Source of the DNA: Octopus bimaculoides
Taxonomy: Eukaryota
Assembly: GCF_001194135.2 (NCBI RefSeq)
Contig: NC_068982.1
Coordinates: forward strand, 119,123,784 to 119,187,783
Direction of reading: 5' to 3'
DNA: 64,000 nucleotides
Shown in pieces: positions 37,069 to 51,099 of the stretch; position 1 is the first letter of the stretch; each line of letters begins with the position of its first letter. A model generated the notes under the pieces. The model ran no database searches. It had not been told where the DNA came from and saw nothing but the letters and a program-made list of their open reading frames with translations. Position numbers and translations under genes: made by a program.

Positions 37069-40000
37069 TTTAGGACTATGGAATAATGCAAGCATTCAAG
37101 CTAAGTTTCTGGTCTGAGGCTAACTTCTCCCATTAACCCATACAGGGCATTGCTCTTCCTCTGCAGATTTTGTTCATGAAAGATGTATTCATTGTTACCC
37201 AACAATAGTACTGACGTTGTGGAAACGTCCGAGTTATATTGATTACTTAATGAGACATTAACAGCAAATAAGGTCTTGTTTATTTGACGTGCCATACATA
37301 TATAGCACCAATAATACTTAAAATACATTATTCTCATGAAATAAAGCACTAAAGCTAATGGAAACCGGGATATGATCACGGTTGGAATATCTTCGACCAT
37401 AACTCTGCACAATGTGGACAGGTTAAATGCTGACAGCAACAGGAAGAGCAGTTATAACTATTTAAACACATATTCTACTAATATGTTCCCAAATATATAC
37501 TGGAAAACCTACAAAACCGTGTAGGAAAACAATGATATTAGTATCACAGTCAAATCTGCAGGAAACAGCTTAAAGCTTTGATGATTATTGCCAGTTGAAA
37601 GTTTGAGAGGTTGGGGAGAGAAAGTGGGGGTAACGAGACAGCGAGAGAATGAGAAAGGTGGGTAATTAGAGAAGGAGAGAATTAGGGAGTGAGAGAGACC
37701 AACAACTATATTGGAAATATTCAGCAAAGAGCTAACGTAACATATCAGTATTCAGCTTTGAATAAATAATGAACAAAAAGGGACAGACTATTACCAAATA
37801 TCTCATCGTATAACTATTGGAAACAATGTTGCATTATACGAGCCAATAAGAGGGCCTCTATGTGAATATTCGACCTGCTAGAAAGAATAAACTTTTTCCA
37901 TCATTTCCTTCACTTTAAAGAAATACAAATGTGCAAATTGATGAAAGAAGTCCTAAATCTCTCTAACTCGAGGGATAGTCGTTGTTAGAGAAAACATTAA
38001 TTATGTTCGCGTGATTAACAAATTAACAGCAGCGACAGCCTCCAAAGAAGAGGTGGCGTGCACTTAATTTATTACCAAAAAACATATCAAGCATTTACTT
38101 CAAAGGCCGTTCTTGCTGCTGAGAGTATCAAACACTTCTTTCTCCTTACAACTTAATATATTTAAAAAGTGATAGATATTGGGCTATACTTTTGTTTTTC
38201 GTTTCTATTTAATGGTTTAACTTCGAAAATGCTTTGTGATAATGAATCACATGAGTTGTTCAAAACCGACGTGGAACAGATACCATTTTACGATTGGAAA
38301 GAATAAAAATTATTGGCAAGGAGGGATTTCCAGAAGGTTGAAATCTAAAAATAGTACAACTAACGGAAGTAGTTGGTGACGGATATAATAGAAGTCAAAA
38401 TGATAATAGGACAGGCGAGTTGAGAAGAGCCTGGAATATAGATGGCTCGAGAGGAGATAGCTTCGAGTAGGAAACACCACAGAATTACAAATACAAAGAT
38501 TGCTTCATTTTGAAAATGGTGGTGATTTGGTACGTTACCCCAAGAAATAAAACAGAGACAGCTGCATCTTAGGTTTTCTTAGTAAGGGTTGATATTGGAC
38601 TATACAAAATTAAAAAGAACAACAACGTTAACTTTCTTACTTATTGTTAGTAGAAGCGCTAAAGATGTGAAAATGTGCATCACACTCGAATAATTACAGA
38701 AGGCTATATTTAATACTAAACATTCTTGAGGCACTCACTTATTATATACAAACTCAAAAACATACATGTATGCATACATATATGCTCACATAATCACACA
38801 CACATACATACACACACACACACACACACGAACATACACATAGACACACGAACATACACACACAACCATACAATCTAGGAAAACAGACAAAAGAAACACG
38901 TCAGACACAAATGGAAATTGTACACAGGGCTGTACCACAGCATAGCGACAATTGACAATATTTCGAATCTATTGAACAATAAATCTAACAATTATACACC
39001 CTTCAATTATACGCGCGCGCGCGCACAAATATATATATATACATATATATATATATACGTACACACATATTTATGTATATATAAGTGAATCAATCTCTAT
39101 ACATACACACATATATATATATATATATATATANNNNNNNNNNNNNNNNNNNNNNNNNNNNNNNNNNNNNNNNNNNNNNNNNNNNNNNNNNNNNNNNNNN
39201 NNNNNNNNNNNNNNNNNNNNNNNNNNNNNNNNNNNNNNNNNNNNNNNNNNNNNNNNNNNNNNNNNNNNNNNNNNNNNNNNNNNNNNNNNNNNNNNNNNNN
39301 NNNNNNNNNNNNNNNNATATATATATATACATACACTATCTGTGCTTTAACAGATGCGTATACATCTGTATGTGAAGATTGACCTGACTAGTAATTACAG
39401 CTTCATTGCTAGGGACTCAACAAGCCCGAGAACGGCGCTGCCCACAAATTATACATTAAATCACAAAAGACTATCTCGGAATAATTGTGTAATTGCTCAA
39501 CATTTCTAATAATACAATATATGTAATGCCAACTTCAAAATTTCTCTTTTGTTCCTATTTAGCATTCGAAACTTTTTGCATAAAATCTTTCTTCCTTTGT
39601 TTCTTTACGCCATATTAATTAGTAATGATTAAGTCTTAAACAAAGGCGCTTTTATTTTATCAAGAAATTACGGAAATAGCATTTAAAATTGAGTTACGTT
39701 ATTCATTATTTTTTAAAAGATATCGCAAATAAAACGCAATTTCAGTCAGTATAATATCTAGTAGTATTTATTAAGTTATTTACTTGTTTAATTATTGTTG
39801 TAATTAATATATAATTATTCAGCTAGGATATATCTTTTCTAATTGAAATCATGCTTCCTCAATTAAATGCGTTTCATATCAACCCCACCGCCACAAACTG
39901 TCCGTTTAAAGCAGTGTATCTGTATTGTTGATCAGGGTACGCTGTAGAGTAAAATTTCATTAACAAAACAGATATTTGTGAACAAAGCACAGCAATCTGT

Positions 40001-40240
40001 GTGATATGAGCCATTATCAAAGATCTGATAAATATGTTCTCACTAAACGCACTAGTTTGTTGTTTAATTAACCGTATTTCCTGTTATTAAATTTGTTGTT
40101 GTTGGTATTTTTGTTGTTATTATTTTCAGAACACCGTTTTTCTTATCTCCAAGACTTTGTTCAAACTGCGTAATTCTATGAAGATTTTGTTTCCAATAAT
40201 TAATCATTAAACCTATTGAATCATATCTTTGCAAAGTAAC

Positions 40241-40304
<64 letters not shown>

Positions 40305-40474
40305 TGTGTGTGTGTTGTTTATATATACGTTGACATGTGCAATTTTATACAAGTCGATAATTAAAATGAGAGGAATATATCGGAATTTTTGTGTCCAACG
40401 CGGCTAACATTAATTTTCAAGTTAAGTTTAACTACACTAAAAATTGAAACATCTATTATAAGTATAAATAATTG

Positions 40475-40680
40475 TTTTGGTACAAGACTAGCACATTTGA
40501 GGGAATAGGGAGCTTGATTACATCGATCTCAGTACTCAACTCGTACTTAATTTGCCAACATCGGAAGGATGAATGGCAAAATCTACCTCTGCAGCATTTT
40601 AGTTCAGTACGTAAGGCCGGAAGAAATGCCACAAAGCATTTTGTCCGGTGCGTTAGCATTTCTACTCTCTCGATGCCATA
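40475..40680 (-). mobile_element. OK-like SINE (diverged)
   Basis: gattacatcgatctcagtactcaact...gaaggatgaatggcaaa...aagcattttgtccggtgcgttagc. Confidence 0.8.
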
Positions 40681-40699
40681 GTTGCAATGAATAATAATG

Positions 40700-40911
40700 C
40701 TTTCTAATATACGACCTAAGCACGAAATTTAGGGGAAAGGGGCTGATAGATTACATCAACTCCAATCATCAATTGGTATTTATTTTATCGACCCGAAGAG
40801 GATGAAAGACAAATTGAGCCTCGGTGTATTTAGATTTCAGAACATAAAGACGAACAAATCTCTGCTAAGGATTGTGTCCAGCGTGCTAACTATTCTGCAA
40901 GCTCGCCGCCT
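40700..40911 (-). mobile_element. OK-like SINE (diverged)
   Basis: tttctaat...gaaatttagggg...ttatcgacccgaagaggatgaaag...attctgcaagctcgccgcct. Confidence 0.82.
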
Positions 40912-41691
40912 CATTGAAGTAATTAATAATGAGAGTCCATTTCACTATTCATTTTTGTACGGGGTTTCTATTCAAATTATTAGATCTATTTGTACAAGGA
41001 CGGGAAACATTCTTCAAATCAAGTCAATGAAAAACCCATTAAGTGATTGAACCCACTAAATGGTTGAATGAGCTTTCCGAAATAGTAGCATGTCGCCACC
41101 AAATCACACACGAGATACGGGATATAACATTAAATATTCATCCACCTAACCGTCCCTAGTTGTAGTGACCGCATAAACAATATCAAGTAAACAGATAATA
41201 TACTGGAGCGAGTGATTGTTCTAGATACGACTAAAACCACCAGAAACAATACGTTTACGAATTTTAGGTTCTATCTGATACCTGGATATATTTTTTTCAC
41301 TCGTTTGTATCAAGAATTTGTTTTATAATGGTTTAACATCTAAGTGTTTGCTATAATATAACTACCCTCTTAAAGGAATTTATTTATTAAGATTTAAAAT
41401 GCTAATATCCACTTCCGTCCAGCATCTATCAACTTGGCCCATTTAACACACATTAACAATACTGAACGCAATAATCTTGGCCCTCAGAAAATAAAAAAAA
41501 GGCAAAAGAATTGGCATTGGCGATAGAGCTCCAACATCGTATTCTCTCCGATGACTTAACACGCTTCAACGAACTAAAGTGGCATAACTCATCAGTTGGG
41601 CAACATTACTAAAACATTCTAAGTAATTTTTGTATTAGACATACCATTTTAAAAAAAGCCTGCAGATTTCAGGTTGTCCATGACTAAATGC

Positions 41692-41947
41692 GTGGAGGCG
41701 CGTGGCTTAATGGTTAGGGTATCAGCATCATGATCGTAAGATTGTGGTTTCGATTCCTGGACCGGGCGACGCGTTGTGTTCTTGAGCAAAGCCCTTCAAA
41801 TTCACGTTGGTCCAGTCCACTCAGCTGGCAAAAATGAGAGACGCTGCGATGGGCTGGTGTCCCGTCCAGCTGCGGAAAACATATGCTATTGAAACCGGGA
41901 AACCGGGCCCATGAACCTGGCTAGGCTTTTAAAGGGCGCATATATTT
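41692..41947 (+). mobile_element. tRNA-derived SINE (third family) with a perfect 12-bp TSD
   Basis: A-box tggcttaatggttagg and B-box-like gtttcgattcc. TSD atgactaaatgc at 41680-41691 and 41948-41959. Confidence 0.9.
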
Positions 41948-42333
41948 ATGACTAAATGCACAACTAAATCTCTCATTGGCTTAAACAATAATTTTTCATT
42001 GGCTAATACCGACATAAATACGCCTGAAATGACTCTGATCATAAATCTAGTGGACTAGTTATTGCTTTCATATTTACCTAAGGTATTTTACAGTGACACA
42101 GCGCAGGGAAAATATAGGTACAAACAAGAATGATATTTACATCTGGGTTAACCGCCTATACACCAAAACAAATTAAAACAGCTGAGACTAGATCAACGTT
42201 TGAGAATAAAGGTCCACTGAGAATTATGCAGAGTTAATCGATTTTTGCTTATTTATACATGACAGCCTATACACACATATAAATATAAAAACATATGCGT
42301 TCAAATCCGCATTCATATTATCAGACACACAGG

Positions 42334-42376
<43 letters not shown>

Positions 42377-42688
42377 GTATACATTTATCAATTGTTATGT
42401 GAATAAAAAGAAAAACAGCTATACATTATATTGAAAGATCACTCAATACTTTTCAGTAAAACATATATTCTTCCTTTTCAACGAAGAGATTGATAGTGAC
42501 TTAGAAGATTTGTCATAGTGGCTTTTGTGCAAATGTCTGACAAAAGCTACTAAGCCGAAAATTTATAGTCGCTGACAACGTTTTTCCTCGTAAAAGTAAT
42601 GATACATATATAGGCACACACACACACATACACAAACACACACGTATACATACACACATACGCACATATATATGCATGTATATACACA

Positions 42689-42760
<72 letters not shown>

Positions 42761-44034
42761 CGTACACTAGCGGTAGAACCTGGCAATACCAAAGTAATGT
42801 ATCAAAGTAACATACGCGGTGAATATAGTTTAATTTCAGGGTGATTTGGCTGCTATTTCTACCAGATTTAACCACTATATAGAAGTATCCCTAGTTTGCT
42901 CATGAGAATATTTATACATGCATGCATGCACATTTAGATCATAGCGCTTGATTAGCGCAGGATTTTGCTTCCATTTCCAGTTCTGTCTTGCTACTACGAT
43001 GACGTTCTCCTCATTAAGCAGTAGACATACGCATATATACACACATAAATGTTGTACGTATTTTGAGGGTGGCTAGCTGCTATTTCTATTTGCTGGATCG
43101 CAATATTTCTGAATCTAGTTGGATAATATAATGTATTGGATATTGCCGATTTTCCTGTCTATTATTTCTTCTCTTTTATCTAATTACACTTCCTAACATT
43201 TATTCAGTTCTTTATATCCTTCACCGTAGTGATTCGCATTCAGGCCATTAGCGTCAAAATATAATTTTAGGACATTTGATTACAATTTTTCTAGCGTTAT
43301 TTATAATGGCTGTCCACATTTCAGTTCACCCTCAGACACAAACTTGGGAATCCTTGTGTCTTCGTGCTATCCACATATATAACGTGTCCCACTCCGTGCG
43401 ATCCCGTAGAGTAATCTCACAGATGGCATATTTGCAAACTCCAGGACAATGCTGTTGGACATATAGTCTCACGAAAGGAATGTTGAATCTAGACCCATCT
43501 GTTGTGATTAGCATATCATCTACATCTTCATATGCGACTATACAGTTCATATAGTATCAACGCACAGGATAGTACTCCTACTCGGGAAACTTTGCCGCTT
43601 TTGGGTAGTTTTATGCCATGTTGTACAACAAGGGATTACTAAAATCACCGAAAGTAACTATAAAGTAGCGAATGCGGTGATCCACTACCACTTATCAGAA
43701 ATAGCTCTTCCCAATCGGATGAAAATTTTGACTATATATGTTGTATCACAATCAAGAAGAGCTGAGTCGCATGTTTCAGCACTACAAGTGTAGTCTGATT
43801 CATAATTTCAGTCATTTATACATTTACTGGTAGGATGACAGCCGATGTCATATGCTAAAATGGTGTGTAAGTTTGTGGACATTTTCTAGGGAATTGATAG
43901 ATACAGTTAAGTCATTAACGAAATAGAATAAAGTGTTACATTCAACTAGATGTTACTCAATATATCTTCAACAACCAGCGTCCACTCTTCCATAAACTGT
44001 CACTTTAACTGTGACTTGATTTTCTGTACTTTTA

Positions 44035-44170
44035 TACATTGGTACCCAGAAATAATGCAAACGGCGTTGGAGCGAGTACACAGTCCTGCTTTATTTCATG
44101 GACTACCAGAAAAAAGATAGAACTACCATTGTGAAACCATTTGATTAATACCACAAATTTCTCCGGATAC
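44035..44170 (-). mobile_element. RTE LINE reverse transcriptase fragment
   Basis: PEKFVVLIKWFHNG...EIKQDCVLAPTPFALF matches the RTE RT motif GCP.KF..II..FHDG...GVKQGCVLAPTLF. Confidence 0.8.
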
Positions 44171-44174
44171 GATT

Positions 44175-44231
<57 letters not shown>

Positions 44232-44582
44232 CGCGCTTGCATGTGTGTAAAGAGCGTGTGCGTGCGGGGGTTTGTGTGCGTTTACGTATACTCCTGCTGA
44301 AGTTCAGTCGCAATAGTGCTTACTTGCCCCCACTAGATGTTTACAAATATTAGCTGGATAAACGAAACGGAAATATCTTATCATGCATTACCCAAGTAGA
44401 AGTTGGCATGTTTATTCTCTAAGCAACACTGGATTAAAATGTTGAAAACATATATGAATTCATACAGTTCGTATATGGATTGAAGCAAACATTTTCACTC
44501 CATTTAGAGAAGAAAGATCGGATTCGCTTACACAACCTGAATATAATTCGGTTGCATCGGCTTTATTCATTTTAATTGTAGC

Positions 44583-44752
44583 ACAAGAACAGGTATTTCG
44601 AGGGGAGGGTGCAAGTCGATTACATTGACACTAGTACTGAGCAGGGCAATGTGTACACCGGCGGCATTTGAACTCAGAGCATAACGGCCCGAAGAAGATA
44701 TCACAAAACTTTTTGTCTGACGCGCTAAATATTCTTCCAGGTCATCGCCTTG
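44583..44752 (-). mobile_element. OK-like SINE with an internal deletion
   Basis: aagtcgattacattgacactagtactga...gcggcatttgaactcagagc...aggtcatcgcctt. Confidence 0.8.
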
Positions 44753-46019
44753 GTTGGGTTAAGTAACAATACATGCACCATACATATACACCTATGTATA
44801 TGTAGTCTATAAAATTCAGTTTACTGCTTTACATCATTATTGCATGTATATTCATACATTAATTTTCAACATTTCTAAAATTGATATCGAAGAAATTCCG
44901 TAACATACGTAACATTTTAATTGTGTTACAATGATTTGTGAATTCCGTAGGTTTCTATCGAAGGAAAGATGAGTAGTACCTTACATATATTTCCTTATTT
45001 ATGTTAGTTCATACCATTTCGGTAAGTTAAATAAAAGATTTTAAACGAATTCGAATGAATGTAATCAACTGAAATCCTTGAAAACCCTGCTCCAGAATGA
45101 CAATAGTCCGATGTCTATAACCAATTCACAAATAGAGAAATGCTTAGTATAAATGTTATAATGCTTTGTCAAGCATATCCATTGCAATATAACACAGCTT
45201 ATACATACATATCTATATAATATGTATGCAAATGTACGCGCATGTCTGCTTTTTGTGTGTTTGCATTGTTTGTCTCATTTCCTCTAAAATATGCGCACAT
45301 GTATTCCGATGCCCCTACTTCTATGCAAATGTGTAGTTGGTGTACTGGTGAGGAATGTTTAATACACATATGAAATAAATCACAGAACATTTAAACCAAT
45401 CTTTTCTCCCTTGTGTATCATGGAATTTTCAACAGCAGATATTCTGTTCCGGAAGAGACCATCCATCGTTGGTTGTCTTTTTATATCCTCAGTTTTATGA
45501 CCTAAAGTTACAAATGCCGTTTAAGGTTACCATAGATATTTCTAAAAGCACATCTACTCTTTACAAATCTTTATTACAGCGGGAAATAATTTCCATAATA
45601 ATATTTTTCTATCCTTAAATCATCGTGTTATATCGCTACATATTAACCTTTATTTACTTTTCACCAAATTGTTCAGTTGAAAACTTAGAACGAAAATGTT
45701 TCATGCCGTACTGTCTTCAGTTCCAACGGAAGAATGACGTAGATTGGTTAATGTATCTATAATAATGCATTGCGCCCACACGGGAGTTTAGAAACATAGC
45801 TGAGTATACCCGTAGTTAAAATATTTATTGGTGGGAATCAGTTTTATTATTCAAAGAAATATATACAGACGCATTTGAAGTGAAAGGCTTTTCGAGATGC
45901 ACCAACGAAAAGAATTGTCTTCTATTGCACAGGTCGCTTATTTCCAAAATACCCATGAATAAATGTATATGAAATATGTGTGGTGTGTGTATGCCTGCAT
46001 ATATATATATATATATATA

Positions 46020-46574
46020 TGATTGGTGGAAATGTATGTGTTTGCACAATTATCTTGAATAAAGGTATAGCTTACTATTTCTGGAAGGACAAAATGTACA
46101 GGGGAATTCTCTTAATTCCAACTCTGAAATTTATGACTGGAAAATGTATCACATGGACTTGTGACCGGCGCGCTATCATTTTTACTGCTCCATCTTCCTA
46201 GGCACGTAATGTATTTTATCAATTTTATATATATGAAATTTTATATATATGAACACGTACACACATACGACAAATAAAATGTCAGAAGCGTTGAGGCGTC
46301 GAAAAAATAATTTACGATACTTTGTTCGGTTTCTTTGCGTGTAGAGTTCAAATTGCACCGTGGCTGACTTTCCCTTTCCGAGTTGATAAAATACATTACA
46401 TGTCTAGGGAGCAGTAAAAATGATAGCGCGTCGCTCAAAATTCCTTGATACATTTTCCAGTCATCAATTTCAGAGTTGGAATTAGAATTCCCCTGTACAT
46501 TTTGTCCTTCCATAAATAGTAAGCTATACCTTTATTCAAAATAATTGTGCAGAGCTATACATTTCCACCAATCA
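46020..46574. mobile_element. Foldback/MITE-like element with ~200-bp terminal inverted repeats
   Basis: 46020-46222 is a close reverse complement of 46383-46574 (tgattggtggaaatgta...aaggtatagcttactattt...ggacaaaatgtacaggggaattct...gcgctatcatttttactgctcc...gtaatgtattttatcaa). Confidence 0.85.
46278..46392 (+). mobile_element. OK-like SINE fragment inside the foldback spacer
   Basis: gtcagaagcgtt...gagttcaaattgcaccgtggctgactttccctttcc...ttgataaaata. Confidence 0.6.
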
Positions 46575-47507
46575 CAATTTCTGGGTCAAATGTGTGAGGC
46601 TCAAATTCTGCATTTGTTTTGTTTATTAGTACGGAATCTCCAAATGTTGAACAGAAAGCATTGTAAATGCTGCAATAGTTGACTACCAGTGACTGCAGCG
46701 TAATACAAACACACACACAAACAATAATTTTTATTGGGATCAATGTTAGGAAGGAATTCAACTGTTTTCCAGATATACTGCAAGAATAGCATAAATACGT
46801 AGTTTGTCAGTGTTCATTACTGAAATGCGTATGGCATACGCACGCTAAAAACATATGATTTAAATTTGTTATGGCATCACACATAAAGATAATGGAGAGC
46901 AATTGTAGTTCTTCAAATAATTATATATAGGAATCATCCCGCAATGGGTTTCGCACATGTACCTCTGGTTAACATTTGTTTGTTTGTAGATGTTATGGCA
47001 TGTCTGTAGATTTATTTGGCTGCGTATTGTTCATATTTATACATACATAAATGTGTACGAAAGAGAATTAAAAAGGGAATTGTATTTAAAGAAGAATCCT
47101 TATATTCGTTTGTTTGCTTAGTTTAAGCTAATTCAAACGTATCGCTGGCACTTGTTAGAAATGAATTGTTTAAATTTCACACAAACGTTTTGTAACAGAA
47201 GGGGAATTAAAATGCATGTTTTTTTTTTGTTTTCATTTTGTACTTTTTATACAATTACAGACAACACACACACACAACTCTCACACTCACACTCACACGC
47301 ATGCACACGAATAGACGCATACGCATGTAAATAGAAAATGAAACCTAATTCAAACAATATGGAATGTTAAATAAAAAAATTTCATATAATCTTGCGACTA
47401 CTACCCCATAATCCTAAAATCGCTGCTGTTTCGAAATTTCTTTTTAGCTATAGTTTTGAAATACGGGTAGTCCGAAACTACAATTTGTTTCGGTTCATAA
47501 TTTCAAA

Positions 47508-47840
47508 GTGGAGGTGCAATGTCCCAGTGGTTAGGGCGGTAGACTCGCAGTCGTAGGATCGAGGTTTCGTTTCCCAGACCGGACGTTGTGGGTGTTTATT
47601 GAGCGAAAACACCTAAAGTTCCGTGAGGCTCCGGGAGGCTGTGGTGGCGAACCCTGCTGTACACTTTCACCACAACTATCTCTCACTCTATCTTCCTGTT
47701 TCTGCTGTACCTGTATTTCAAAGGGTCAGACTTGTCACACTCTGTGTCACGCTGAATCTCCCCCGAGAATTACTTTAAGGGTATCCTTTGTTCGGATCAA
47801 CTGGAACCCTCATCGTCATATCTGACGATGTGCCAACCAA
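47508..47840 (+). mobile_element. tRNA-derived SINE (fourth family) with a perfect 11-bp TSD
   Basis: Head gtggaggtgcaatgtcccagtggttagggc...ggtttcgtttccc. TSD ataatttcaaa at 47497-47507 and 47841-47851. Confidence 0.9.
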
Positions 47841-50800
47841 ATAATTTCAAAATAGTTTTCAAAGGTGTGCTATCTAAGGGAAATTTAGTTGTCGTTCCTA
47901 GCATGCATGAGAGATAATTCTTANNNNNNNNNNNNNNNNNNNNNNNNNNNNNNNNNNNNNNNNNNNNNNNNNNNNNNNNNNNNNNNNNNNNNNNNNNNNN
48001 NNNNNNNNNNNNNNNNNNNNNNNNNNNNNNNNNNNNNNNNNNNNNNNNNNNNNNNNNNNNNNNNNNNNATATATTATTTACGGACAACTTTCTCTTTGAG
48101 ATACAAAGTTCGAAAATAAAATTAAATTTTTTCCGCACATGTACCGATTTTGAACCCTTCGAGGCTAAACACACATGCAAAACCACATACACGCCCATCT
48201 ATATAGTAGATATAATGTTGAAGATGTAATGTTGAAGTCAAAACAGTTAATGGTATTTTGAAAGTATTCAATACATACGTTTCAGATCTTAGTAAAATAT
48301 ATTAGGAAATACATGCCTTGCACATGACCTTCTGTTAATATGTTTTTCAAAATATAAAAGAACTGAAGGAAATAGCTCTCTATATGTATGTTTGTAGTTG
48401 CGGCAGCAAAATCGCTTACTAAGTTAGGAGGAAGAAAATACGTATAGAGAGAATTACACACACACACATATACACAAAAAATAATACATATATACAAGTT
48501 TGTTTCTGTGTGCGTGTGTGTGTGCGTATCTATGTGTGTATGTATGAATGTGTGCTTGTGTGTGTGGTTCGAATGAAAATTGAATTTGTCCATCATCGAT
48601 TCTATAAGCATTCTAGTTCAGTCGATCAATATGAAGTCCCTATACATATAATTATAGCATGAGTGGCTAAGTGATTCTTGTGCAAGTGAAACTTTACCGC
48701 AATTTTCAATCTGGATGAAAGTAAAAATGTATACCACAAGACTAACTCCTTGGAGTACAGTAAAGCACATACAATCGAACAGGTTCTACAAAATTTCCGC
48801 CTTCACACTTCTGGTTACAAGTCTTTGGTCATACTAATGGTATGGTAAAGCATAACTATATGTTGGGGATGATATGCCATAAGATAGCAGGCTAGATAAC
48901 TCTTGGGATGTAGAAGTTTTATGTGTTCGCTCTGCCTGTACGTTTGTCCTGCGTAGAAGCAGAAACAGACATACACATGCACACACGCACAGAAAAACAC
49001 AAACAAGAAACATACATATGCACGCACACACTCACAAAATCAGTCGAAACACACATACATATGTACGTACACACAAACAACACACAAACAGCACACACAT
49101 AGAGACACGTGTGTAACTGTATTATGAGAAATCTTGCTTAGACTGGAGTTATTCCTAGGTTTAGTTCTAATCTGCTGCTCTATCTGATGCATACAAGCTA
49201 TGCGCCACCCGGAGCTTAACTATCTCTTTTCAAGTTTCATAGTTGATGAGTTGTGTTATATGCACTATTATTTTCCCTGTGATTGAGCAAGTTAAGTACT
49301 TATACATACCACCGAATGAATTACCTGCAACCGAATTAAAGTGAAAGGGGCTGAGAATTCCACAGACACGCATATCTTAATCGTAACTCTTAATCAAAAT
49401 AAGCATGACATAGTATGTAACAAGAATACAAAGTTTATTCGATTAAACAGGAATCTAGGAGTTTACCGTGTACAGGATTTCATTCATAAAATAATGGTGG
49501 ATTTGGATTTATTCAAAATTATGCTTGCACAAGATGCAACGCGGAAGCATTAATCCCGGGAACTAATGTCTGCAAAGCACGATTGTTCAGCACTTAGTGC
49601 ATATACATCATATTAAACTCCATGTGCATATAACATTCAGCCCATATACATTTAATATTCAGTTGCACATACATATGACGCGCAACTACACACACACACA
49701 CATATCATTCAACTCATATAACATAAAAGATAAATACAGAGCGCACCAGGTCGATTAAAACTATTTCATACACTCTCGATCGTATGAAACATACCTCAGA
49801 TATAACAAGAAAATTCTCGTCTCGCATAAGACAATATTTCCTCATACGGCACATATGCTAACACACACGTGAATGTGGATTTTATGGACATACAGAGATA
49901 CACACAGGAGCATATATGTGTGTGCGGGTGCATTTGTGTGTGTGAGAAGCAACTGCTGGAAATGTGTTTCTTGGTATTGGATTTTTAATTTCATACGAGT
50001 CGCAAAAACGTAAAGAAAATCAATTCTGTGTACATATTTCATTAACAACGCAACATAGATAAATAAACAACTACAAGGAAACGTTTATTGTCTTTGAAGT
50101 GCTGTAGAAAGTGGTAGAAGTCAGAATACTGGTAAACACAAGCAAAAAGAGAATTGACGATTGCTTCCGAGATTATTTTTTCTGAAGTTGAAAAATATAA
50201 TTAATTTTTCTCTGCCTGCCGTGCCAGAAGGCTATTTTGTCTCTTTCGTTCAATTTCAGTATCTTTTCCCTCAATTCTAATTCTATCTTTCTCTTCGTTC
50301 TGATATGTAAGAAAAAAGATATCTACAAATACACAAACATACAAGCACAAACACACTAACACCCATATAGCATTTATAAAAAAAAAAACAGTTAAATATA
50401 TTTATTCTCTTTCCTTAATTTATACATGTATGTATGTATATATGTATGTATGAATATATGCTTACACATATTGTAAACAAACTCATAAGCGCCGCATGTG
50501 TCAGTAATCTACAGAAAATAAAGTAAATTCACGAATGCAGGAAGGCTTTGACGACAGCATATATAATCGGATAAATACATCTTAGAAGATGATGGTGGGG
50601 AGCCAGCAAGCCCCACGGGGCATCGAACCCTACACTTCGCATTTCCTTTATATTGTGTAGATTACAGACACATACGGCACTTGTAAGTTTGTTTACAAAA
50701 TGCTCAAATATTCCAAAATTTATTATTTAGTGCTATAATTAGACCGAATTAGTTGTCAGGAGATCTCTTAGCCTAATGTTTAGAACGCTCAGCCGGAGTT

Positions 50801-50920
50801 TGATAGGCGCAGTGTTGGCGTCGATTCCTTGTGAGGATTGCTGTCCTTTATTTCTCTCCACCTTCTGAAGAGTGTGTACCCAATTCTATAAGCTGTCCTC
50901 ACAGCCTTCCTGTGTTCGTG

Positions 50921-50951
<31 letters not shown>

Positions 50952-51099
50952 NNNNNNNNNNNNNNNNNNNNNNNNNNNNNNNNNNNNNNNNNNNNNNNNN
51001 NNNNNNNNNNNNNNNNNNNNNNNNNNNNNNNNNNNNNNNNNNNNNNNNNNNNNNNNNNNNNNNNNNNNNNNNNNNNNNNNNNNNNNNNNNNNNNNNTAT

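Noticed and set aside
37101-37439. 112-aa minus-strand ORF
   Set aside because: No recognisable domain or convincing exon structure.
43276-43554. Overlapping 92-aa and 72-aa ORFs
   Set aside because: No recognisable motif beyond chance look-alikes.
45435-45480. RYSVPEETIHRWL, a helix-turn-helix look-alike of pogo/CENP-B proteins
   Set aside because: A 13-residue match only, with no flanking transposase sequence.
45690-45725. Minus-strand CTGAAGA...GAAAC hammerhead-like spacing
   Set aside because: Neither stem I nor stem II pairs.
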